Below are positions 1-7,472 of a stretch of 64,000 nucleotides of DNA, piece after piece; within the stretch, counting starts at the first letter, position 1, and the number at the start of each line of letters is the position of its first letter. Under the pieces are notes generated by a model. It made no database searches, was not told the origin of the DNA, and worked only from the letters and a program-made list of their open reading frames with translations. The stretch comes from an uncultured Actinomycetes bacterium (GTDB lineage: Bacteria > Actinomycetota > Acidimicrobiia > Acidimicrobiales > CAVRDY01). The position numbers and the translations under genes are program-made. Location: contig CAVRDY010000016.1 in the NCBI GenBank assembly GCA_963719935.1, positions 165,577-229,576 on the forward strand, written 5' to 3'.

Positions 1-8
1 TGATCGAT

Positions 9-1475
9 GTGACCGCTCCCAGCAGTGCACGGGTGCCCTCGCTGGCCAGCATCCAGGCCGCGGGGCGGGCCGCGGGCCTGGAGGCGGTTGGGTTCACGAG
101 CGCCGAGCCCCTTCTCCAGGCGCGCGCTGCGCTGGGGGATCGCCGCAGTCGGGGCCTACCCGAGGGCCTGGCCTTCACCTTCGCCAAACCCGAGCGCTCC
201 ACCGATCCGAGGGCCACCCTGCCGACGGCGCGTTCCATGGTCGTGGCCGCCCTGCGGTACGCGCCCGCCGGGCACAGCGATGACCCGCCACCGCGGGGAC
301 CCCACGGGCGGGTGGCCCGGGTCGGCCGGGTGGACCACTACACGCGACTCCGCGAGGCTCTGGCCGCCACCGGTGCACCCCTACGGGCCGAGGGGTGGCG
401 CACGGTGGTGCTGGCCGACGGCAACCACCTGGTCGACCGCGCCGCCGCGCACCGTGCCGGCCTGGGTTGGTTCGGGCGTTCGGCCAACCTGCTGCTTCCC
501 GGCGAGGGCAGCTGGTTCGTCCTGGGGGCGGTGCTCACTGACGCCCCTCTGGGGGCGGTGCTCACTGACGCCCCTCTGGGGGCGGTGCTCACTGACGCCC
601 CTCTGGGGGCGGTGCTCACTGACGCCCCTCTGGGGGCGGTGCTCACTGACGCCCCTCTGGGGGCGGTGCTCACTGACGCCCCTCTGGGGGCGGTGCTCAC
701 TGACGCCCCTCTGGGGGCGGTGCTCACTGACGCCCCTCTGGGGGCGGTGCTCACTGACGCCCCTCTGGGGGCGGTGCTCACTGACGCCCCTCTGGGGGCG
801 GTGCTCACTGACGCCCCTCTGGGGGCGGTGCTCTCGGCGACCAGCGATGGCCATCTCGGTCCTGGCGCACCCTTTGCCGGCATCGCGGTGCCCGAGGGCT
901 GTGGACCATGCCGCCTCTGCTCCCGGGCCTGCCCTTCGGGGGCCATCGTGGGTCCTGGGGTCGTGGATGCGGAACGCTGCCTGTCCTGGCTGGCCCAGTC
1001 CCCGGCCCCGTTCCCTCGCGAGCTGCGCAGGGTCCTGGGTGACCGGCTCTACGGGTGCGACGACTGCCAGGAGGTGTGTCCACCCAACCGTGTGCCCGGC
1101 GGGGGGACCAGCCGCTGCGAACCAACAAGCCCCGACGCCGAAGCGGCGGCCCACGTCGACATCCTCCAGTTGCTCCTCGCCGACGACGCTGACCTGTTGG
1201 ACCGCTTCGGTCACTGGTACCTGCCCGGACGCACCACCAGAGCGCTGCGTCGCACCGCCCTGGTGGTGCTGGGCAACACCGGTGACGCCCGTGACGGGCG
1301 CGTACGTTCGGTGCTGGCCCGCTACCTGGGCCACCCCGACGCCTTCCTGCGGGCCCACGCCGTGTGGGCGGCCGGCGCTCTGGGCTGTCTGGATCTCGCC
1401 GGTGAGGCCGCCACCGACCTCGATGAGGCCGTACGCGACGAGTGGACGTGGTGGCAGGAACAGGACCTCCCATGA
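9..1475 (+). CDS. queG: epoxyqueuosine reductase QueG, carrying an internal 9-aa x 11.5 tandem repeat
   Basis: GTG at 9 opens ORF 9..1475. QueG-like core HRAGLGWFGRSANLL..GSWFVLG. Two ferredoxin-type Cys clusters (CGPCRLCSRACP, CDDCQEVCP) and a C-terminal HEAT-like tail. The GAVLTDAPL unit is repeated immediately after the GSWFVLG motif. Confidence 0.8.
   Translation: MTAPSSARVPSLASIQAAGRAAGLEAVGFTSAEPLLQARAALGDRRSRGLPEGLAFTFAKPERSTDPRATLPTARSMVVAALRYAPAGHSDDPPPRGPHGRVARVGRVDHYTRLREALAATGAPLRAEGWRTVVLADGNHLVDRAAAHRAGLGWFGRSANLLLPGEGSWFVLGAVLTDAPLGAVLTDAPLGAVLTDAPLGAVLTDAPLGAVLTDAPLGAVLTDAPLGAVLTDAPLGAVLTDAPLGAVLTDAPLGAVLTDAPLGAVLTDAPLGAVLSATSDGHLGPGAPFAGIAVPEGCGPCRLCSRACPSGAIVGPGVVDAERCLSWLAQSPAPFPRELRRVLGDRLYGCDDCQEVCPPNRVPGGGTSRCEPTSPDAEAAAHVDILQLLLADDADLLDRFGHWYLPGRTTRALRRTALVVLGNTGDARDGRVRSVLARYLGHPDAFLRAHAVWAAGALGCLDLAGEAATDLDEAVRDEWTWWQEQDLP
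524..833. repeat. 27-bp perfect tandem repeat (gggggcggtgctcactgacgcccctct), 11 full copies plus a 13-nt partial copy, in frame within queG
   Basis: Copies start at 524, 551, 578 and so on up to 794, and all are identical by eye. A partial copy runs 821-833. 27 bp equals 9 codons (GAVLTDAPL). Confidence 0.95.
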
Positions 1476-2599
1476 CCCACCTCCTGGTCACCAACGACTT
1501 CCCACCCAAGGTGGGCGGAATCCAGTCCTACCTGTGGGAGCTGTGGCGGAGGCTCCCCCCGGGCGAGGCCGTGGTGCTGACCACCCCTCATCCCGGAGAC
1601 GCCGCCTGGGATTCCGACCAACCCTTCCGGGTCGTGCGTACCCCCGACAAGGTGCTGTGGCCCACACCTTCACTGGCCCGACGGATCGACTCGCTGGCGA
1701 CCGAGGTGGGCGCAGACCTGGTGCTCCTGGATCCTGCCCTCCCGGTGGGTCTGCTGGGACCGAAGCTCTCGAGGCCCTACGGGATCGTGGTCCACGGCGC
1801 GGAGGTGACCGTCCCGGGGAGATTGCCCGTGAGCCGGCACCTCTTGTCCCGCGTACTCCGGGGTGCCTCGGTGGTCGTGGCCGCCGGCGGCTACCCCCGG
1901 ACCGAAGCCGAGAGGGCGGCGCGCAGGCCACTGCCCACGGTGCTGGTCCCACCGGGCGTCGACCCCGACCGCTTCCGTCCCCTGCCTCCCGGTGAGCGCC
2001 GAGACACCCGGGTGCGCCTCGGTCTGCCCACCGACGGTCCCTTGGTGGTCAGTGCCAGCCGCCTGGTTCCGAGAAAGGGGATCGACGTGCTGATCAAAGC
2101 GTGTGACCGGGTGGCCGCCTCGGCACCCCTCCTGTCGTTGGCCATCGCAGGGTCGGGACGGGATCGTCCTCGCCTGGAGCGTCTGGCCCGGCGATCCCGG
2201 GTGCCGGTGTCCTTCCTCGGTCGCGTCCCCGACGACGACCTGGCTGCGCTGGTGGCCAGCGCCGACGTGTTCGCCATGCTGTGCCGCAACCGCTGGTTCG
2301 GGCTCGAGCAGGAGGGGTTCGGCATCGTCTTCCTGGAAGCCGCGGCGGCCGGAGTCCCCCAGCTGGCAGGGCGTAGCGGCGGAGCGCACGAGGCCGTGGT
2401 CCACGGGGGGACCGGGCTGGTCGTCGAAGAGCCCAGATCGGTTGCCGCAGTGGCCACGGCGCTGTCGTCGCTCGTCGGTGACCCCGACCGCGCCGCGCAG
2501 ATGGGCGCCGCCGCCCGTGCCCGTGCGGAGGAGGACTTCGCCTACCCGATCCTGGCCCGCCGCCTCGCCGAAGGCCTCGCCGAGATGGAACGCGGATGA
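1472..2599 (+). CDS. GT4-family glycosyltransferase (PimB-like mannosyltransferase type)
   Basis: ATG 1472 overlaps the queG stop (ATGA). N-terminus MTHLLVTNDFPPKVGGIQSY. C-terminal GT-B region EGFGIVFLEAAAAGVP. Confidence 0.8.
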   Translation: MTHLLVTNDFPPKVGGIQSYLWELWRRLPPGEAVVLTTPHPGDAAWDSDQPFRVVRTPDKVLWPTPSLARRIDSLATEVGADLVLLDPALPVGLLGPKLSRPYGIVVHGAEVTVPGRLPVSRHLLSRVLRGASVVVAAGGYPRTEAERAARRPLPTVLVPPGVDPDRFRPLPPGERRDTRVRLGLPTDGPLVVSASRLVPRKGIDVLIKACDRVAASAPLLSLAIAGSGRDRPRLERLARRSRVPVSFLGRVPDDDLAALVASADVFAMLCRNRWFGLEQEGFGIVFLEAAAAGVPQLAGRSGGAHEAVVHGGTGLVVEEPRSVAAVATALSSLVGDPDRAAQMGAAARARAEEDFAYPILARRLAEGLAEMERG

Positions 2600-2618
2600 T
2601 CCGGCGGAAGGCGAAGCG

Positions 2619-3101
2619 GTGAGCGGTCCTTTGGGGCCGCTGCGCGACGAGATGGCTCACGCGCCGGGACGTCACCTCCTGCGGGCGTCGCTGGCCGGTA
2701 CCGCAGTGCAGGTAGGCCTGGCCGTACCGGCCATCGTGTGGGTGGACAGCCTGGGTTCCGCCTACGCGCTGGTCTCTCTGGTGCTCTTCGCCGGGGGGAC
2801 AGTGGCCTGTTTGTGGGCCTTCTGGCTCGCGGTGCAACGCAGCCGCTACGAGACCATCGGAGTGGGTGGCCTGTACTTCCTGGCAGGTTGTGCCCCGGGG
2901 TCGGTGCAGCGGGTCATGGTCGGGTCGTTGTCGGCCCAGGTGGTCGTCGGTCTGGCCGCTGCCGGCGTGCGTCCCTACACATCGTTGGCCTTCGGGATCC
3001 TGGTGCCTATGTGGGGGCTGGGCCTGGCGGGCGTCTGGGGGGCCCGCCACGGAACCTTCCCTTCGCGGGGCACCACCTCTGAGCGGGGCACCGGTTCCTA
3101 A
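2619..3101 (+). CDS. small integral membrane protein, unknown function
   Basis: Last 160 codons of ORF 2103..3101. About four hydrophobic segments. Candidate starts are GTG 2619 or ATG 2652. No family recognised. Confidence 0.5.
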   Translation: MSGPLGPLRDEMAHAPGRHLLRASLAGTAVQVGLAVPAIVWVDSLGSAYALVSLVLFAGGTVACLWAFWLAVQRSRYETIGVGGLYFLAGCAPGSVQRVMVGSLSAQVVVGLAAAGVRPYTSLAFGILVPMWGLGLAGVWGARHGTFPSRGTTSERGTGS

Positions 3102-3188
3102 CGCGATCCCGAACCTGGTCGGGACGCCGACCCGCGGTAGCCACGCCGGACCTGACGGCACCGGCCGGGGTCACTACGCTCGCTACCG

Positions 3189-3650
3189 ATGACCGATCAC
3201 GCCACCGAGCACATCCGCATCAACGCCCCGGTGTCGCGGTGCTTCGCGGTGCTCACCGACTTCGAGGCCTACCCGGTGTGGGCTGCGGACATCAAGGAGA
3301 CCGAGGTTCACGAACGTGACCCCGAGGGGCGGGGAGTCGAGGTCACCTGGCGGGCCGCAGCCATGGGGCGCAGCACGACGGTGCGCCTGCGCTACGACTA
3401 TGCCGATGCCCCGGCGCTCATGCGCTGGAAGCTCATCGATGGCGATCTGTTGCGCCGCTACGACGGCCACTACCTCCTCGAGCCTGCCCCTGACGATCCC
3501 GGCGCCACCGACCTCGAGTACCAGCTCACGGTCGACCTGGTGGTTCCCCTCCCCGGCTTCGTCAAGAGACGTGCCGAGACCCGGATCATCAAGGCGGCCC
3601 TGCCCGACCTCAAGGCCCACATCGAGGCCGAGCGGTCCCACTCCGACTGA
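3189..3650 (+). CDS. SRPBCC (START/cyclase-dehydrase fold) protein
   Basis: 153-aa ORF. The IRINAPVSRCFAVLTDFEAYPVW pattern is typical of polyketide_cyc2/SRPBCC proteins. TACGCT lies 8 nt upstream of the ATG, suggesting a leaderless start. Confidence 0.8.
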   Translation: MTDHATEHIRINAPVSRCFAVLTDFEAYPVWAADIKETEVHERDPEGRGVEVTWRAAAMGRSTTVRLRYDYADAPALMRWKLIDGDLLRRYDGHYLLEPAPDDPGATDLEYQLTVDLVVPLPGFVKRRAETRIIKAALPDLKAHIEAERSHSD

Positions 3651-3655
3651 CGCCG

Positions 3656-4853
3656 GTGGCCGATCCTGCGGGTCGCGGTTCACGGGTCCTGCTCTTCACC
3701 GGCAAGGGAGGCGTGGGTAAGACCACCGTGGCCGCCGCTACCGCGCTGGCCTGCGCGACCCGGGGCCAACGTACCGTGGTGGTCTCCACCGACCCGGCCC
3801 ATTCCCTGGCCGACGCGCTGGCCGTCCCGGTGGGGGGGGAACCGATCTGGGTGGCCGAGCACCTCTGGGCGGCACAACTCGACGCACGGGCCCGGCTCAC
3901 CTCCCCTGTGGAAGAGCTGCGATCGTGGTTGGGCGAGGTTCTCGCCTGGGCCGGCGTGGATCCCGTGGCCGCCGAGGAGCTCGCCTCCCTTCCCGGCCTG
4001 GACGAACTGGTTGCGCTGACCGACATAGCGGCTCTGGCTGCCGAAGGTCGCTGGGACACCGTGGTGGTGGATTGCGCGCCAACCGCCGACACCCTGCGTC
4101 TCCTGGCACTCCCCGACGTCCTGGCCTGGTGGATGGCACGGGCCTTCCCCCTCGGGCGGCGGATCACCCGATTGCTCGCCCCCGCCCTGCCGCGCCGTGG
4201 CCGGAGTTCCCCTGGCCAGCGAAGCAGCGCTCGGCGCAACCGAACAGCTCTACGCCCGGCTGGGCGAGGTCAAGAGGCTGATGGCCGACCGGCAGGTCAC
4301 CCGCATCCGCCTGGTGGTGACCCCCGAACACATGGTGGTGGCCGAGGCCCGGCGCACCGCCACGGCTCTCGCCCTGTTCGATTACGCCGTGGATGCGGTC
4401 GTGGCCAACCGCATTCTGCCCGAAGAGGTGGTGGATCCCTGGTTCAGCTCCTGGCGGGAGACCCAGACACGTGCCCTCGCCGCCATCGAGGAAGGCTTCT
4501 CGCCGGCACCGGTGCTGCGGGCGGAGCTGGCTCCCGCCGAGGTCGTGGGCATCCCTGCGCTCGAAGCCATGGGCGCATCCCTCTACGGTCGGTCCGATCC
4601 CGCCGAGTCCCGTTGCGAGCGCCAGGCGCTGTCGGTGCGCCGGGTAGAAGGCGGCTACGACCTGGTGTTGGAGATGCCCTTCGTGGCCCCCGGCGACCTC
4701 GATCTGGGTCGTCGCGGTGGTGAGCTGGTGCTGGAGGTGGGGGGGCGCCGCCGCGCCCTGCTGCTGCCCGACAGCCTGGCGCGGCGGTCGGTTTCCGGAG
4801 CGACTCTGCGTGACGGACTCCTGGTCGTCCGCTTCGCCGACCCCCATCGTTGA
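3656..4853 (+). pseudogene. ArsA/Get3-like ATPase with C-terminal HSP20-like domain, broken by one +1 frameshift near 4190
   Basis: The N-terminal part is in the frame of ORF 3656 (deviant Walker A LLFTGKGGVGKTT, then STDPAHSL). The C-terminal part is in the frame of ORF 4197 (RLVVTPEHMVVAEARR..ANRILPEE). Removing one base near 4190 (ctg-c-cgc) joins ..LAPAL to RAVAGVPLASEAAL. Confidence 0.8.
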
Positions 4854-4879
4854 CCCCATCGTTGACCCCATCGTTGACC
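4842..4879. repeat. 12-bp unit ccccatcgttga x 3, each copy containing the in-frame TGA of the ArsA-like gene
   Basis: Copies at 4842-4853, 4854-4865 and 4866-4877, followed by a 2-nt partial copy. Confidence 0.9.
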
Positions 4880-4933
4880 GTCTTGCCAGATCGGGTCGCA
4901 CCCGAGCCGGGATCGGGCCATCATGGAGGGGCT

Positions 4934-5194
4934 GTGCACGAATCCCACACCTCTGAGGCCGCCGAACACCTCCAGGCTGCCGCCCGTTCGATGATCGGTG
5001 CGGCTCGGTCATTCCTGGACGCGCTGGAAGAGCTGGTCGGCGACGCCGACCGCATGTCAGACACCGCTGAGGCCCTGGCCTCGGTGTTGGGGGCCGCCAC
5101 CGGGGCCGCGGGCCCGTCGCAATCGGCCGAGACAGTGGGTCACGCGACGCCAGCTGGTGAACCGGCAACCGTCGAGCGGATTCCGGTCACATGA
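4934..5194 (+). CDS. small helical hypothetical protein
   Basis: The ORF frame is open from 4850 (TTG). GTG 4934 is preceded by GGAGGG. Predicted helical segment AAEHLQAAARSMIGAARSFLDALEELVG. Start uncertain, no family recognised. Confidence 0.35.
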   Translation: MHESHTSEAAEHLQAAARSMIGAARSFLDALEELVGDADRMSDTAEALASVLGAATGAAGPSQSAETVGHATPAGEPATVERIPVT

Positions 5195-5273
5195 GCCGCC
5201 CGACGGCCCTGACCTCGCCAGCGGTCGCGGTTCACGACGACCAAGATGGATCCATCGGCCAGAGGGGGACGAC

Positions 5274-7463
5274 ATGAGGTTGCTCGAGTTGCGCACTGAA
5301 GGGGCCTCCGAGCCGGGGTTGGAGTTCCACCCGAACCTCACCGTGGTGTCGGGGCTGGATGACGAAGCGCGCCAGGCTGTCCGGGCCGCGGTTGCGGCGT
5401 TGCCCGCCGGCGACACACCTGGGCTGGCAGGTCTGGTGGAGGCCCACGGGATCCTGTTCGACCTGACCGTCGACACCTTGGCCGTGCTCGGTCTGGACCA
5501 ACCCCTGGCAGTTGTAGTGGAATCCGCTGACCTCGCCGAGGCCACCTCCGGCCCCAGCCCAGAGGCCACCTCTCCCAGCTCTGCCCGAGCGGTGACAGAC
5601 CCGGTCCCCGACGCGTCAGCGATTGCCGAGCTGGAACGCGTGGAGCTGGCGGTGGCCGACGCCCAAGAGGCCTTCTCGGTGACCGACGAGGCGTTGGAAA
5701 GGGCCCGCATCGAGCGCGCCGCGGCCGTCGAGGCCACCGGGCGGATCCAGGCAGCTCTGGACAAGGCCCGTGTGGCCCGTGACCAGGCCCGGTCTCAGCG
5801 CGACGGCAAGGTGGATACAGCCTTGGCCTCGGGTACCGGTGAAGAGAGGGCACGCCAGCACGTCGACGACCTCTCCCGGACCGTCGCGGATCTGGAGGAG
5901 GCGATCGCCGAACTCGAAGAGCGCGACCCGCGGCCGGTTCAGGTGCTGGTCGATGCCCTGCGCCAGCCCGTGTCCGACCGGTTGGTGCCGTCCCAGGAGG
6001 CCATCGCCGTGGCCGACGAGTTCGCCGAGTTGCAGGTGCAGCTCGACGAGGCCGAACGCCGGCTCCAGGCCGACGGCATGAGCATGGACCAGCTCTCCCA
6101 GCGACTCGAGGACTGCCGCACCGAGTTGCGCCAGGCCGAGAAGGGCGTCAAGAAGCCCGAGCTGACCCCCGAGGACGTCACAGAGCTGGAGGCGGCCCAC
6201 GATGAAGTGCTCGACGCTGAGCGCCGCGCCTCGGGTCGGATGGGGCGCAAGGCCGCCCTGAAGCAACTCGACGAGGCTCGCGAGCTGGAGCAGGCCATCC
6301 TGGACAGGGTCGGCTTCCCGACCTGGACCTCCTACGTCATGGGTTCCTCGTTGCTCAACATCGACCCGATGGCCGAGGTTCGCCTGGAGACGGCTCGCGC
6401 CGAGTTGGCCGAGGCCGAGGCCGCCTGGGCGGATCTGACCGGCCAGCTCGAGGCCGACCCCGACTACAGCGGCCTGCTCGACCGCCTCGAAGCGGTCTTC
6501 CTGGCGGCTTTCGACATCCTCGGTGGTGAGACCGAAGGAGACCTCGAGGGTCTGCTTCGCAGTCACCTGGTTCCCGACGAAGAGGTCTCTCGCGACGACA
6601 TCCTCGAGGCGCTGGCCTACCAGCTGGGTCTGCGAGGTGTCGAGATCGAAGAAGGAGCCGGCGGCGACACCGTCGCAGGTATCGCGGAGGAGTGGCTGGC
6701 CGCCACCGGTGACCACTGGGAGAAGTACCGGGCACTTCAAGAGGAGCACCAGCGGGTGCGTGCCGATCTCGACGCAGCCGAGGCCGAACTGGAGGTGGTT
6801 CTGGGTCAGGCCGAGGCCGACAACCCCGAGGGCCGTCAGGAGGCATACGAGTTGGCCGAGGCCAAGGTGGCCGAGATCCTGGCCGACCTCGAGCAGGCCA
6901 ACGAGATCGTGGCCGACCTGGAGGGCCAGGTAGATGCCCGTGAGCTCATGCTGATGCCGGCGCGCCTGGCTCTGGATGCGGCTGTGGCCGCCCGTGACGC
7001 CGCCCAGGCAGCCCTGGACGCCCCTGGTTCGCCGGTCGGGCAGGAGAGCCCGGGTGCCGGAGCCCACGCTGCGGCGTACGTGCAGCCGTCCTATGACCGC
7101 AAGCCCGAGGTCTACGACGACCTGCCCTATGCCAGCGACGACGACGATGACGACGAAGAGGTGATGCCCGGCGACTGGGGAGGAAGCGACGACATCGAGT
7201 TCTGGTTGCTCTCCCGCATGGCTGCGCTCCGCCATGTCTCCCACGGTGGATCCGTACCTCTGGTGTTGGACGACGCCCTGTGCGGACTCGACGAGGTCGG
7301 CTTGCTGGCGGTGATGGCCAAGCTGGAGCGTATGGCCGAGGCGGTCCAGGTCATCTACCTGAGCGACGACCCCGCGCTGGTGGACTGGGCCGAACGGGCC
7401 GGTCTCCAGCGGGCGGCAGCAGTGTCGTGCTCGGGTGATCTGCGCTCCTCACTGGTCGCCTAA
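5274..7463 (+). CDS. SMC/RecN/ABC-like coiled-coil protein that lacks a Walker A motif but keeps signature-like and Walker B-like motifs
   Basis: ATG 5274 with AGAGGGGGA upstream. The N-terminus MRLLELRTEG..GLEFHPNLTVVSGLDDEARQ resembles an SMC head but has no GxxGxGK[ST]. A coiled-coil-type E/A/R/L-rich region of about 500 aa follows, then an acidic DDDDDDEE tract. C-terminus HVSHGGSVPLVLDDALCGLD. Confidence 0.7.
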   Translation: MRLLELRTEGASEPGLEFHPNLTVVSGLDDEARQAVRAAVAALPAGDTPGLAGLVEAHGILFDLTVDTLAVLGLDQPLAVVVESADLAEATSGPSPEATSPSSARAVTDPVPDASAIAELERVELAVADAQEAFSVTDEALERARIERAAAVEATGRIQAALDKARVARDQARSQRDGKVDTALASGTGEERARQHVDDLSRTVADLEEAIAELEERDPRPVQVLVDALRQPVSDRLVPSQEAIAVADEFAELQVQLDEAERRLQADGMSMDQLSQRLEDCRTELRQAEKGVKKPELTPEDVTELEAAHDEVLDAERRASGRMGRKAALKQLDEARELEQAILDRVGFPTWTSYVMGSSLLNIDPMAEVRLETARAELAEAEAAWADLTGQLEADPDYSGLLDRLEAVFLAAFDILGGETEGDLEGLLRSHLVPDEEVSRDDILEALAYQLGLRGVEIEEGAGGDTVAGIAEEWLAATGDHWEKYRALQEEHQRVRADLDAAEAELEVVLGQAEADNPEGRQEAYELAEAKVAEILADLEQANEIVADLEGQVDARELMLMPARLALDAAVAARDAAQAALDAPGSPVGQESPGAGAHAAAYVQPSYDRKPEVYDDLPYASDDDDDDEEVMPGDWGGSDDIEFWLLSRMAALRHVSHGGSVPLVLDDALCGLDEVGLLAVMAKLERMAEAVQVIYLSDDPALVDWAERAGLQRAAAVSCSGDLRSSLVA

Positions 7464-7472
7464 CCTCACCGG

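Noticed and set aside
524-833. Possible CRISPR arrays at the regular repeats (524-833, 28672-28735, 49600-49689, 50352-50540)
   Set aside because: All are head-to-tail tandem repeats with no unique spacers. Three are in-frame inside genes. No cas genes are present in the window.
25-1995. 656-aa plus-strand ORF overlapping queG and the GT4 gene out of frame, and similar long alternative-frame ORFs (e.g. 5616..7244 minus, 9856..11265 minus, 12052..13308 plus)
   Set aside because: Each overlaps a gene with clear family motifs in another frame. Their translations are Arg/Pro/Gly/Trp-rich with no recognisable domains.
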